A stretch of 64,000 nt of DNA, from positions 270,082 through 334,081 of the forward strand of contig JBAZYN010000002.1 of the NCBI GenBank assembly GCA_041659325.1. Reading direction: 5' to 3'. The DNA comes from Candidatus Shapirobacteria bacterium (lineage in GTDB: Bacteria; Patescibacteriota; Microgenomatia; UBA12405). Below the pieces are notes generated by a model, which saw only the letters and a program-made list of their open reading frames with translations, ran no database searches and had not been told where the DNA came from. Positions 46,645 to 57,141 of this stretch are shown here, in pieces. The translations under genes and the position numbers were made by a program. The number at the start of each line of letters is the position of its first letter. Positions within the stretch are counted from its first letter, which is position 1.

Positions 46645-47484
46645 ATGACAGAATTTGATTTGAAATATCAACAGGCTTTGAGAGAAATAATGGAGAAGGG
46701 GATTGAAGAGATTAATGAGCGAACAGGGCACAAGACCAAGGCGTTGCCCGGGGTGACTTTTTCCATTACGGCAGGATTTCCGGTGTTGACCTTGAGACGA
46801 ATTCCGGTAAGGATTTTTGTGGCAGAACAGATTTGGTTTTTGATGGGGAGCCGAAGACCGTCGGAGTTTTTAAATAATTTCACCAAAATTTGGGATGATT
46901 TTACTAATGTCGATGGAGCAGTAAGTACGGCTTATGGTTATCGGTGGCGGCATCATTTTGGCCGTGATCAGATTGCGGGCCTGGTGGAATTATTGGAAAA
47001 ACAACCATCTTCGAGGCATGGAGTGGTGATAACTTGGGATCCGGCTGACGACGGGCTGATGTCGAGCTTGGGGGGGAGATATAAGAAAAATGTGCCTTGC
47101 CCATTTTGCTTTGTGGTAAATATTATCGGTGGCAAATTGAATATGCACAATATTGTTCGATCAAACGATATGATCTTGGGATGCCCACATGACGTGGGTG
47201 GATTTGCCCTGCTACAATGTATTTTGGCGGCCAGATTGGGAGTAGAAGTGGGAACTTACACTCATACTATTTCCAATGCCCATGTTTACGATATTCACTA
47301 TGAAGTGGCCAAAGAGCTAATCGGCCGGAAAAATGATCATGAGGAGATAAAGTTGACTCCCAAAAAAGAGTGGTTAAAGCGGGCTGAAGACGCCCAGGTG
47401 GCTTTGGCGGAAGAAATTGTGGAGCAAATAAAAAGCCAATATAAGCCGATGAGTCCAATTAATGGTTTGCAGATAGTTTTGTGA
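46645..47484 (+). CDS. thyA: Thymidylate synthase (ThyA type)
   Basis: RRIPVRIF…, PCPFCFVVNI…, SNDMILGCPHDV. Confidence 0.88.
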   Translation: MTEFDLKYQQALREIMEKGIEEINERTGHKTKALPGVTFSITAGFPVLTLRRIPVRIFVAEQIWFLMGSRRPSEFLNNFTKIWDDFTNVDGAVSTAYGYRWRHHFGRDQIAGLVELLEKQPSSRHGVVITWDPADDGLMSSLGGRYKKNVPCPFCFVVNIIGGKLNMHNIVRSNDMILGCPHDVGGFALLQCILAARLGVEVGTYTHTISNAHVYDIHYEVAKELIGRKNDHEEIKLTPKKEWLKRAEDAQVALAEEIVEQIKSQYKPMSPINGLQIVL

Positions 47485-47999
47485 AAATAATTTTGGTGAA
47501 TGCGGTGAGTGTGGATGGAAAAATTGCCCAATCTGGGACAGATGAGCTTAAATGGACCGGAAGCGAGGATAAAAAATGGTTTGCCGATGTAAGCAAAAAA
47601 GCGGGAGTAATAATAATGGGAAGAAAAGCCTATGAGGTATTGGGGAAACCATTGAAAGATAGGCTGATAAAGGTGATGACGCGGCAACCGACGAAGTACA
47701 AAGATGTGGCAGGGCGGGTTGAATTTTCAGACAAAAGCCCGGGGGAGACGATAAGAGAGTTAAGCGATCGGAACTATGAGGAGGTGATAATCGGAGGGGG
47801 GGCGAAGATAAATACCATATTTCTGAAAGAGAAATTGATTGATGAGATTTGGCTGTCGGTGATACCGGTGGTTTTGGGAAAAGGCTTGGAGATTTTTGAT
47901 AATAAGATAAAAGAAAAAGTTGAGTTAGAGCTTTTGGAATCAGAAAAGCTGGGAATCAATGGGGTGGTGGTGAAATACAAATTAATTTATCGTCTGTAG
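47481..47999 (+). CDS. Dihydrofolate reductase-like (RibD C-terminal-domain type)
   Basis: MKIILVNAVSVDGKIA…IIMGRKAYE. Overlaps the thyA stop, a typical thyA-folA arrangement. Confidence 0.65.
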   Translation: MKIILVNAVSVDGKIAQSGTDELKWTGSEDKKWFADVSKKAGVIIMGRKAYEVLGKPLKDRLIKVMTRQPTKYKDVAGRVEFSDKSPGETIRELSDRNYEEVIIGGGAKINTIFLKEKLIDEIWLSVIPVVLGKGLEIFDNKIKEKVELELLESEKLGINGVVVKYKLIYRL

Positions 48000-48430
48000 A
48001 TTTGATATGAGTCGTCCCGAAGGTAGACGTGAAGGATATTATGCTTGATAATATGAGCCCAACAATTTTGACAACACCACCAGTGGCCGTCAAGGTAGAG
48101 GTCGGAGCCGGTGGGGTCGTGATGGGTTTTTAGGGCGTTTTGGATGGCCATCACTTCGGCGTGCCCCTCTTGGTGGCAAATTTCCCGACAAAGATGGTAA
48201 CCCTGCCCGGTGGGGTAATGTTGTTGGACTCGCGGACAAACTTTGACTGAAATGCCGGCGTTACTGCCACGGCCGATTATCTGCTCGTCTTTAACCACAA
48301 TAGCACCGGTGGGCTGTTTAACACAGGATTTTGAGTTTTTTTGAGCAGTGGCAGCAAGCATAAAGGGGTGGTTGGCGGGAACATATTCGATAAGTCTACC
48401 GGGGGGTAAATAAGGGTAGCTAATAGCCAT
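47987..48430 (-). CDS. dCMP deaminase (cytidine/deoxycytidylate deaminase family)
   Basis: Zn-binding HAE…PCxxC (HAEVMAIQNA…CCQNC). Confidence 0.8.
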   Translation of the reverse strand: MAISYPYLPPGRLIEYVPANHPFMLAATAQKNSKSCVKQPTGAIVVKDEQIIGRGSNAGISVKVCPRVQQHYPTGQGYHLCREICHQEGHAEVMAIQNALKTHHDPTGSDLYLDGHWWCCQNCWAHIIKHNILHVYLRDDSYQIYRR

Positions 48431-48445
48431 AATAATTATGTTATC

Positions 48446-49096
48446 ATGGTTGGAATGTCTGTATTAACCAAAGAGGAAATCGAAGTTTTGATGAAAGAGG
48501 AAAAATTGTCATTGGTACCGGCGGCGGATAGTTTTCAGCTGCAGGGACATTCGATAGATTTACGACTGGGGTTGACTTTTATGGTACCAAAATTGTGGAG
48601 TCTGGGGTCGGAAGGACGAGTGGCATTAAATATGGATCGACTGGGGACAGAGAAGAAAAGTTCGTTTGAAGTGATTGTTTTGGAAGAGGGGCAATATTTT
48701 GAGATTTTGCCGGAAGAGTATGTAGTAGTGTCAACATTGGAGAAAATAAAAATGCCCAAGACTATTATGGGGGTGTTGTATCCGCGGTCATCGGTGAATC
48801 GGAGGGGGTTGTCTCTGGATTTGACCGGAATTGTGGATGCGGGGTATGAGGGAAATTTGGTAATTCCGGTAAGGAATAACACCAGGACCCAAGTGATTAG
48901 AGTGTATCCGGGAGAAAGGTTTTGCCAGATAGTGTTTTATTCAATTAACAATGAAGTAGAAATTGCCCAAAGCCGGTATCATGGTAAGGACGTAACGGCG
49001 GGGGTATTGCCGGAGAGAAACCAGGAGGAAACGGAATTAATAAAAGCCGGGAAAATAAGAGAGTTAAAGGAAAAATATAAAATAGATTTGAAATGA
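48446..49096 (+). CDS. dcd: dCTP deaminase
   Basis: dUTPase-like beta-barrel; N-terminal …LQGHSIDLRLG…. Confidence 0.75.
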   Translation: MVGMSVLTKEEIEVLMKEEKLSLVPAADSFQLQGHSIDLRLGLTFMVPKLWSLGSEGRVALNMDRLGTEKKSSFEVIVLEEGQYFEILPEEYVVVSTLEKIKMPKTIMGVLYPRSSVNRRGLSLDLTGIVDAGYEGNLVIPVRNNTRTQVIRVYPGERFCQIVFYSINNEVEIAQSRYHGKDVTAGVLPERNQEETELIKAGKIRELKEKYKIDLK

Positions 49097-49863
49097 GTGG
49101 TCAGAAAAAGAGGGCCAGAGGGAAGTTTATTGTAATTGAGGGGACAGACGGAAGTGGGAAGTCCGTCCAGAGTGGATTACTCAAGGATTTTTTGACAAAA
49201 AAGGGTTATAGAGTATCAGAGTTGGGTATTAAAAATATCCAAATTAGTTTATTGGAAGATTATCTTGAGAATAAGGGATATGATGTAAAAACTGATGACT
49301 ATCCGCATTATGAAACCAGTATTTGGGGTAAATTGATAGGAAGAATGTTGACTGGTGAATTTGGTAACCCACTAAACATTAGCCCTTATTTGACCGTGTT
49401 GCCATATATGATTGACGAATATTGGGGAAGTCAACAAATTAAGAAATGGGTTAATAGTGGTAGGTTGGTAATTTCAAATCGGTATTTTACTTCAAACGTT
49501 CACCAAGTGGCTAAGTTAAAGGGAGAAGCTCAAAATAAATACAGGGATTGGCTTTGGAATACCGGTTGGAAAGATATGAAAATTCTAAAACCGGATCTGG
49601 TAATAGTGTTGTTGGTTGAACCGGAGGTGAGCATTGAGTTGGTGAAAAAAAAGGCCGAGAGAAATTATGTGGGTGGTAAGGGGGCGGACTTGGTTGAAAA
49701 AAGTATTGAACACCAGAGAGGAGCGTATGACGAATATTTAAGAATGGTTGCAGCTGACAAAACCTGGGTGCAGATAAATTGTTGTAAAAATGGGAAGTTA
49801 TTAACTATTAGTAAAATAAACAAGTTGGTTTTGGAAGAAGTTAAAAAGGTGGGAATAATATAG
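49093..49863 (+). CDS. tmk: Thymidylate kinase
   Basis: P-loop FIVIEGTDGSGKS and LID-region similarity. Carries insertions relative to the canonical ~210-aa enzyme. Confidence 0.75.
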   Translation: MSGQKKRARGKFIVIEGTDGSGKSVQSGLLKDFLTKKGYRVSELGIKNIQISLLEDYLENKGYDVKTDDYPHYETSIWGKLIGRMLTGEFGNPLNISPYLTVLPYMIDEYWGSQQIKKWVNSGRLVISNRYFTSNVHQVAKLKGEAQNKYRDWLWNTGWKDMKILKPDLVIVLLVEPEVSIELVKKKAERNYVGGKGADLVEKSIEHQRGAYDEYLRMVAADKTWVQINCCKNGKLLTISKINKLVLEEVKKVGII

Positions 49864-49883
49864 GGAAATGTTAAAATTAAGTA

Positions 49884-51131
49884 ATGGATAACCATAGTCA
49901 AAAGTCTAAAAGTCGAAAGTATAAAGTCGAACAAGATAGTATTTTTAGTTTGATTAAGAAAGAGGAGGAAAGGCAGAGGAATACTATTGCCCTGATTCCC
50001 AGTGAGAATTTTGCCAGCGAGGGGGTGAGGGAGGCTTTGGGAAGTGTATTGACTAATAAATATGCTGAGGGGTATCCCGGCAGACGGTATTATCAGGGAA
50101 ATAGTATTGTTGATGAAATCGAGAATTTGGCGATTGAAAGAGGCAAGAAGTTATTGGGAGTGGAACATCTGAACGTCCAGCCGTATTCGGGCAGTCCGGC
50201 AAATTCGGCGGTGCAGATGGCACTACTGGAGCGAGGGGATAAAATTTGTGGCCTGAAATTATCAGCTGGAGGGCATTTAACTCACGGACATCCAAAAATT
50301 ACCTTTTCGGGTAAATTTTTTGAAAGTGTGCAATATGATGTGGAGGCGGATGGACGGATTGACTATGACAAACTATCTTTAATAGTAGATCAAACCAGGC
50401 CAAAAATGATCATGGCGGGGACAACCGCTTATCCATTTATTTTGGACTGGGAAAGATTTGGGCAAATCGCCGATAGGGTGGGGGCATGGCTGGTGGCCGA
50501 TATTTCTCATATTGTTGGGCTAGTGGTTGGCGGAGTCCACCCGAGCCCGGTGCCTTTTGTACATGTCCTGACTAGTACGACGCACAAAAGTTTGAGGGGG
50601 CCAAGAGGAGCGTTTATCGGAGTGACTAAAAAAGGGCTAGAAAAAGACGGGGAACTGGCAAAGAGAATTGACAAAGCGGTGTTTCCGGGATTGCAGGGCG
50701 GGCCGCACGAAAATCAGATTGCGGCAATGGCAGTGGCTTTCGGAGAGGCGGGCACTGTGGAATTTAGGGAATATGCTAGTCAGGTTGTAAAAAATGCAGG
50801 GGCATTGTCTCAAAGTCTAAAGTCTAAAAGTCTGAAAGTCTATGGAACAGAGAACCATTTGATGGTGGTGAAGATCGGGTTGGGGAAAGGAAAAGAGACA
50901 GCAGAAATGCTTGAAGAGGCGGGGATTATCTGCAATGCCAATACGGTGCCACATGATGAGGCCGGGCCAATGAAGCCGTCGGGAATTAGGCTGGGGACAC
51001 CGGCGATGACGACAAGAGGATTTAAAGAGACGGATTTTGAGAAAGTATCTGAGTGGATTTTTCGGGTAATAGGGGGCGAAGACAGACAGAAAATAAAAGG
51101 GGAAATAGTTGAGTATTTGAAGAGGTTTTGA
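49884..51131 (+). CDS. glyA: Serine hydroxymethyltransferase
   Basis: LIPSENFAS…, PLP-Lys region TTTHKSLRGPRG. N-terminus and one internal loop carry AAGTCTNA-repeat-derived residues (SQKSKSRKYKVEQ; KSKSLKV). Confidence 0.9.
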   Translation: MDNHSQKSKSRKYKVEQDSIFSLIKKEEERQRNTIALIPSENFASEGVREALGSVLTNKYAEGYPGRRYYQGNSIVDEIENLAIERGKKLLGVEHLNVQPYSGSPANSAVQMALLERGDKICGLKLSAGGHLTHGHPKITFSGKFFESVQYDVEADGRIDYDKLSLIVDQTRPKMIMAGTTAYPFILDWERFGQIADRVGAWLVADISHIVGLVVGGVHPSPVPFVHVLTSTTHKSLRGPRGAFIGVTKKGLEKDGELAKRIDKAVFPGLQGGPHENQIAAMAVAFGEAGTVEFREYASQVVKNAGALSQSLKSKSLKVYGTENHLMVVKIGLGKGKETAEMLEEAGIICNANTVPHDEAGPMKPSGIRLGTPAMTTRGFKETDFEKVSEWIFRVIGGEDRQKIKGEIVEYLKRF

Positions 51132-51134
51132 TAT

Positions 51135-53864
51135 TCAGAAATTTCTCTTAATTAACCTGAGGATGGGGATAAGAAATAATCCAAAACCAAGGAATTGGAG
51201 GAGTTGAGGCCAGAAGAAAACATAAATGGTAACTGGTAATCTGTAATCGGTAACCTGTAATTGCCAGCCGTTGGCCCAGTTGTTGATTAAAAGATGGGGA
51301 AGAAAAATAGGATAGGGCAAACACACCGGTTTGCCCGTACATTTAAAATAAAAGGCAAGCCAACCGGGGTGAAAGGATTGGGCAAGAAAAAGAGTGGAGT
51401 CAGAACGTGGTTTGTCCAAAGAAATTTTGTAAAAGGATTGATTCGGGTGGTGAACTTTGGGGATGGAAACAGTTGGTCGGCTGATGACGGAAGGATTGGA
51501 CGTGGGGGTAATCAAATAATTCCAGGGAACAACAGATATTTGAGCGGATTCGACTTGGTTGACACTGGCAGTATCGGAGAGGGAGAGGCTTCGAAAGTTG
51601 ATGCCGATTCCGTTATCAAACTCATAGATGGGAGGGAGGAAGAAGTAGTTGACGGATAAATTCGGATTGATTTTGCTATCGATATAGATTTTGTTGTCTT
51701 GGGATGAAAAGACGGTAATATTGAATGGCCGCCCCGAGATATTGGTGGTTTTTATTTTGAGAAGGTAAGCATTTTTGGTTTCGAGATTGCCACAGGAATA
51801 ATATTCGGACGTTTCAGTGTTTACAGCGGTAACAACCGAAGTAAAGCCGGTGCAGTCGAGCCACTGAGGGGTAAATTGGACAGAGTAAGGGGGATTGTTT
51901 AAATAGACGGTGTTTTGATCTTCGGTAAACCGGAAAGGATAATTTTCCGGTCGGCCGGTGAAGAGGGAGCCAAAGGGAAATTGGGCTTGAAAGGGTTTTG
52001 AATAATCGGTTTTATATGGTCCAAAGGATTGGAAACCCGGATCAAAATTGGAAAAACGCTCCGGGTTTTGGATATTGGACAGGTTTTTGAAGATGCCGAC
52101 ATTTTGAGGAAGGAGCTGACTTTGATTAACTTTGTAAAGGTTGATATCGCCAAAGCTTTTTTTGAGAGAAATGAGTTTTGAATTTTCGATTAGTTCTTTG
52201 TTTTCCCGGAGAACACGACCGGTGTTGGCGGCATCAGGGAAGGAAATAGTGTCGTCAAAAATAATGTAGGAAATGTTGTATTTGAGGAGAATGTTGTCAA
52301 AAAGATTTGAATCTCTGGTAATGAGAGCATGATGCAGTTGCCAGTAATAATTTTCCGATTCACTGCTCCAGACGTCAAAAGCCCGGTCAAGGATCGGCTG
52401 ATCGATACCGTACCAAAGGAAGCCAGAGCCGGTAAGGCCCCATTTGTAATTTTCCCAACCCCAATAATTGTATTGAGGGAGATTTATTATACGTTTGGAT
52501 GGTTCGATGTCTTTGAAATATTGAAACAATTCCAGATAAGAGGGTGGGATTTTGGCTCTCATCCGGGGGTGAATAAAGTTGCCTTTAAATGACGGCCAGG
52601 AGACGGCGATCAGAAGGGGGAAAATAAGTAGGGTAGTGGTATGGCCAATTTGCCTAAACCGGTGAATTAAAAAATTAATTGCCAGTCCGAAAGACACGGA
52701 AAGCGAAAGGACAGCGGGGGTGATGAGCTTGGTAAAGGAGTTTCTAAAAATCTGGTTGAGAGCCGGGATTGATCTGAAAAAAAGATTAACTTGCTTGAAA
52801 ATAGGGGTGTCAGATAAAAGCCCCACACAGGAAAAGAGGAGGATCCCTAGAAATATTTTTTTGTATTTATTTTTTGAGAAAAGACCAAGGAGTGAAGTAA
52901 AGGTAAGAATTATTGAAGCCAGTCTGATGATAAAAGAGGAAAAATGAGTATGCCAGACTTCGAGGAGAGGTTTGGGGACTCCGGAAAGGTAATCTTTTAT
53001 ATCGTAGTATTGGCCCTGGAGAAGCAAAAAGTCAGTTATATGGCCGCGGTGTTGGTTTTGTTCGATGAATTGATCAGTAACCTTTAGATTCATCATGGCA
53101 TTTTGGGTAACAGAGATATTGGTAAGGGTGAAAAAAATGTTTGGCAGCAGCCAAAAGGAGTTTAGAAAAAATATGGTCAGGGCAATAGAACTGTAGATCT
53201 TTAGAGCCTTAAAACGATGGTGAGATGGAGTGGAGAGAAAATGAAATAGAAAGACTAGAGAGAGGCTGATGAAATAGACCAGGAAGATGGTCTGAACGTA
53301 GGACATGGGAATGGATAGAATGTTGACAGCGATAAAAATGAACCAATGGCGGCGAGAGGGATGATCCAGGACTATCAAAAGGGACAACAAGAGCCAGGGA
53401 AGCATGCCCCAAAAGGTAGTGTATGGCTCAAAGGGTAAATTGAGATATTGAACCGATCCGAAGTTGAGAAGGTAGAAAAGGGAACTCAAAAGGGACGGGA
53501 GGGATGATTTTTGGGGCTTGAGAATAAAGGCTGTTAGATAAAAGGTGCCGAAAGATCCGGCGATGATCATGCTGAAGTGAAAAAGATAACGGAGAAGATG
53601 GGTGGGAATTATGGGAGAAAGGATTAAAAGGATTAGTTGCCGGGGGAGATCAGCGGCATGAGCCATGCCGGCTAATAGTCCTAGACCCTGGTATTCCTGC
53701 CAGACGGAAAAAACGGAGCGTTTGATGTTGGCGGGGAGGTTGAGTTCGGGGTGAAGATTGTCCCAACCACTAAGCCAGGTATCGGGCGAAAAATTGGCCG
53801 CTAAAAGAGGAAACAGAATCAGGCACAAGAGGAGCTGAGCCCAATATTTTTTAACCAGGGACAT
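51135..53864 (-). CDS. Large polytopic membrane protein, putative GT-C-fold glycosyltransferase (YfhO-like)
   Basis: 909 aa. More than 10 N-terminal transmembrane helices, then a ~450-aa extracytoplasmic domain. Sits in a cluster with GT4 and GT2 genes. Confidence 0.45.
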   Translation of the reverse strand: MSLVKKYWAQLLLCLILFPLLAANFSPDTWLSGWDNLHPELNLPANIKRSVFSVWQEYQGLGLLAGMAHAADLPRQLILLILSPIIPTHLLRYLFHFSMIIAGSFGTFYLTAFILKPQKSSLPSLLSSLFYLLNFGSVQYLNLPFEPYTTFWGMLPWLLLSLLIVLDHPSRRHWFIFIAVNILSIPMSYVQTIFLVYFISLSLVFLFHFLSTPSHHRFKALKIYSSIALTIFFLNSFWLLPNIFFTLTNISVTQNAMMNLKVTDQFIEQNQHRGHITDFLLLQGQYYDIKDYLSGVPKPLLEVWHTHFSSFIIRLASIILTFTSLLGLFSKNKYKKIFLGILLFSCVGLLSDTPIFKQVNLFFRSIPALNQIFRNSFTKLITPAVLSLSVSFGLAINFLIHRFRQIGHTTTLLIFPLLIAVSWPSFKGNFIHPRMRAKIPPSYLELFQYFKDIEPSKRIINLPQYNYWGWENYKWGLTGSGFLWYGIDQPILDRAFDVWSSESENYYWQLHHALITRDSNLFDNILLKYNISYIIFDDTISFPDAANTGRVLRENKELIENSKLISLKKSFGDINLYKVNQSQLLPQNVGIFKNLSNIQNPERFSNFDPGFQSFGPYKTDYSKPFQAQFPFGSLFTGRPENYPFRFTEDQNTVYLNNPPYSVQFTPQWLDCTGFTSVVTAVNTETSEYYSCGNLETKNAYLLKIKTTNISGRPFNITVFSSQDNKIYIDSKINPNLSVNYFFLPPIYEFDNGIGINFRSLSLSDTASVNQVESAQISVVPWNYLITPTSNPSVISRPTVSIPKVHHPNQSFYKISLDKPRSDSTLFLAQSFHPGWLAFYFKCTGKPVCLPYPIFLPHLLINNWANGWQLQVTDYRLPVTIYVFFWPQLLQFLGFGLFLIPILRLIKRNF

Positions 53865-55096
53865 TAATCAATTATAAGGGTTTTAAGATACATTTTGCCA
53901 ATTTGAGACCAGGCGCGTGACTGGGAAATTTTTTGGCTCAAGAGAGAAAGGTGGTCGAGCTTGACCGGGGAATTTTTGAGAGCTAAAAGACGGTGGAAAA
54001 AGTTTTTGGAATTTAGCGAAAAGGTAACCTGATTTGTTTTGAGATGGAACAGTTTGAAGCTATCGGCAATATCTTTGGTTTTTAAAATCGGGGCGATGGG
54101 GGCGGAAACCATGAACGGTTTGTGGTAGGTAAAGGCCAGAGAGAGGGGGCCTGAAGAGGACATACCAACCCGGTAGGGTAAAATAATAAGATCTGATTCG
54201 GAATAGTATTTAATAATATCGTTTTCGTTGACAAAGCCGGTTTGGACAATACTCGTCGGGTGTTTATCGGCAGAGACGGTGATCTTTTTTAGGTATTCCT
54301 GGTAGTATTCTTTGTCGAGGTGGTTTGGATTGGGGCCACCGGCGATGACCAGCCGGAGGCGGGATTTGGGATGTTTGTCAAGATAGTCAGAGAAGGTCTT
54401 GGCTATCCAGTCGGTGCCTTTGTACCAGGCTAAAAATCCGAAGGTGGTAATGGTAAATGAGGATGATTTTTCCGGTTTGAGATAGAGTTTTTTGGGCTCA
54501 ACCCCGTGGGGGATAATAACAATTTTGGAGTTATCAGGGTCAAGGCGGTCTTTGAGAAATTGTTCAAAAACGATAATCCGGTCCGCAATTTTTATGACCA
54601 GTTTATAGAAAACGGCGGCGAAGAAAGAAAGAATGGGGTTGAGAGGACTGTCTTTTTTTTGGCCGATATGCCCGCTTATTTCACTAAAATTGAGGACAAC
54701 CTGATGGAGAACTACGGTGGTGATTTTGCCGCTGACTTTGAGAATCAGAAGAAATAAGGGAAAAAAGACGTTTAGAAGAGGACTTCCTAACATGGCCATT
54801 TCAAACTCGATTAGGGTATTGGTGGTAGGAATTTGGGATATTTTTTTGAGGATTTGAAAAAAAGCCAGAAAAGAATTTCTTTGCCAGCAGCGGACAACAT
54901 GAATATTGTTTTCACGGTACTCGAGAGGTTGGTTGGGAAGAATTTCGGCCAGAATGGTGATTTGGATGTTTGGTTTTTGGCGCGAAATGGCCAAGAGAGT
55001 ATTTTTGGCATAGGAGGCAACCCCAACAGTTCCCTTACCGTGAACCTGTCCCTGGGGGGGATAACTAGTAACGACTACTAAATCCGGATTAGCCAT
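53864..55096 (-). CDS. Glycosyltransferase family 4 (GT-B, group 1)
   Basis: C-terminal sugar-donor binding region …IILPYRVGMSSSGPLSLAF…. Confidence 0.75.
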   Translation of the reverse strand: MANPDLVVVTSYPPQGQVHGKGTVGVASYAKNTLLAISRQKPNIQITILAEILPNQPLEYRENNIHVVRCWQRNSFLAFFQILKKISQIPTTNTLIEFEMAMLGSPLLNVFFPLFLLILKVSGKITTVVLHQVVLNFSEISGHIGQKKDSPLNPILSFFAAVFYKLVIKIADRIIVFEQFLKDRLDPDNSKIVIIPHGVEPKKLYLKPEKSSSFTITTFGFLAWYKGTDWIAKTFSDYLDKHPKSRLRLVIAGGPNPNHLDKEYYQEYLKKITVSADKHPTSIVQTGFVNENDIIKYYSESDLIILPYRVGMSSSGPLSLAFTYHKPFMVSAPIAPILKTKDIADSFKLFHLKTNQVTFSLNSKNFFHRLLALKNSPVKLDHLSLLSQKISQSRAWSQIGKMYLKTLIID

Positions 55097-55110
55097 ATAT
55101 AAGTATAGTA

Positions 55111-57141
55111 TTAATTAATTTTGTAAATTTGAACATCGGTATCTTCATATACAAATTCAATGGGCGCAGCCGGGGAGGGAGAGGATTTAACGCCGGTGAA
55201 GGTATACCAGACGGTCAGATAAGCGGTTTGGTTGAGCAAGGTGTCTGATCGGATATAAAAGGATTCGCCGGCGGAAAGGGATTGGTGATGGAGAAAGTCG
55301 GAAGTGGTTTTGATACCACCGGGATCATTTTCCCAGGTAGGGTAAAAAGAAGAGAGGCCGGAGTCCAAAAGATAGGTATCATTTAGGATGTTGGGGTAAA
55401 TTAACAGGCCGTGGATGGTTAGAACTCCCGGATCTTGGGCAAAAAATCTTAGGGACATTTTTGGATAAGAGTTAAACTCAAAATTCTTTACCTGAAGATT
55501 TTGATTTTGGGTGGAAATAATTTCGGTTTTGGGGTAGAGAGTGTACCACCATTGCCGGACCCCGGTGCATTCGTCGAAGAGGAATTTGCTGTTTTTGTGA
55601 AGCATTATTGTTCTGATGCCATTGCTTTTGAGTAGGTCTAGGGTGACTTGAGAGTCGGACGGGGTGATTTGGTAGTCTTCCGGAAGAGGTTTTTCGGATT
55701 GGCAGATAAAGCGCCGGAGAAAGTCTTGGCTGAGAAAGGTGTTGGCCGAGGGGTTGTCGGCCATATAGTGAAAATAACCGTCGACGATTTTTTTGTTGGT
55801 AACAGCCGGGATATGGCTGTAATAGGCGGTATATTTTGAGGTAGGAAGATTGAGAATGGCGAAGCCGGGAAGCCGGTTAATTTGTTCCCGAGCTGCCAGG
55901 GACAGGATCGGGGTGGAGATGGGCGAAAGGGTGGAGCGCTCGATGATCAAGAGAAATAAAATGAAAAGGGATAACGGTTTGGAGAAGGAGGGGGTGAGAG
56001 CAAGGAGGGTGGCGGCCAAAAACGAAAAAATAATTATTTGCCGCCCGCCTTCGGGAAAAAAGGGTAAAGCGAAAAAGCCAAGAGCGCTAAGGGCGAAATA
56101 CAAAAAATAAAAAAGGATGACTAGGCGGAAGCGAATAAAGGGTTTTTTGAGGATGGAAATCAGTAATAGTATCCAGCCGATTAATCCCAGACTGATGACT
56201 TTTTCAATAGAAGGGGGAGAGGAATTGAACTTTGACCAAATTGAATTTTGGTAGCTGTTGATGAGAATTATATCGGTGATACCGGGTTGGGCGTATTGTC
56301 GGTATTGGGTGATTTTTGCGGGGTCGTGAACTAGTTGACCGGTTAGGATGGCTCGAATATAACCCTGATAGAAAAAAGTGAAAATCAGGGAAAAGATAAG
56401 AGTAGAGAAGAAAAAACGAAGAATGTTTTTTGAGATAACAGTAATTGATTGTTTAAAAATAACAAAAGATTGTTGGGGAAAGATTAAAAAGATTAAAGGG
56501 ATGATAACAATTGAACTGTAAAGGAGAATCAGAAGGTATTGAAGGGAGCCGAAAGCAATGATTAAAACCGAAAGCATGGGGTAAAGAAAGTCGGTTAGAC
56601 GAAAAGATTTGGGGTGATTTATCTTTTTGATAAAGGAAAGTATCGATTGAGCAAGAAGGGGAAAACCGGCGACAAAGGCCAGGTTGGCGTGGGAGCCCAG
56701 GCGGGCCAGAACATACGGGGAGCCGCCAAAAATGAGAGAGGAGATGAAGGCAGATGGTAAGTTCGGAGAAAGTTTGACAAAAAATAAAAATGAACACCAG
56801 AGGTTTAAGGTGAGAATTATGATGAGAGTGAGATTGTAGGCCAGGGGTTGGGGGATAAAGAAGCTGATAAGGGCACCGGTAAAGGTAGAGAAAGCACCGT
56901 CGTAGCCGTAACTCAGGTCAAAGCCGGAAGGGTAGCGAAGGGTGTCGGTGCGGGAAAGGGGATATTTGGAGGCCAAAAGGTTTTCTTTGACCAAATTTTG
57001 GAAGGTCAGGTATTCGTAGCTGTCGTAGCCGTCGCCGATAACCCGGGTGGTGGGGGAGAGCTGGAAGAATTTAGTTAAAAGAAGCGAGACAACAACACAG
57101 ACCAGGAGACTTGTAATTTTTTGCTTTAAGTTGATAGACAC
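55111..57141 (-). CDS. Large polytopic membrane protein (putative GT-C-like / unknown)
   Basis: 676 aa. About 12 transmembrane helices plus a C-terminal soluble domain. Confidence 0.4.
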   Translation of the reverse strand: MSINLKQKITSLLVCVVVSLLLTKFFQLSPTTRVIGDGYDSYEYLTFQNLVKENLLASKYPLSRTDTLRYPSGFDLSYGYDGAFSTFTGALISFFIPQPLAYNLTLIIILTLNLWCSFLFFVKLSPNLPSAFISSLIFGGSPYVLARLGSHANLAFVAGFPLLAQSILSFIKKINHPKSFRLTDFLYPMLSVLIIAFGSLQYLLILLYSSIVIIPLIFLIFPQQSFVIFKQSITVISKNILRFFFSTLIFSLIFTFFYQGYIRAILTGQLVHDPAKITQYRQYAQPGITDIILINSYQNSIWSKFNSSPPSIEKVISLGLIGWILLLISILKKPFIRFRLVILFYFLYFALSALGFFALPFFPEGGRQIIIFSFLAATLLALTPSFSKPLSLFILFLLIIERSTLSPISTPILSLAAREQINRLPGFAILNLPTSKYTAYYSHIPAVTNKKIVDGYFHYMADNPSANTFLSQDFLRRFICQSEKPLPEDYQITPSDSQVTLDLLKSNGIRTIMLHKNSKFLFDECTGVRQWWYTLYPKTEIISTQNQNLQVKNFEFNSYPKMSLRFFAQDPGVLTIHGLLIYPNILNDTYLLDSGLSSFYPTWENDPGGIKTTSDFLHHQSLSAGESFYIRSDTLLNQTAYLTVWYTFTGVKSSPSPAAPIEFVYEDTDVQIYKIN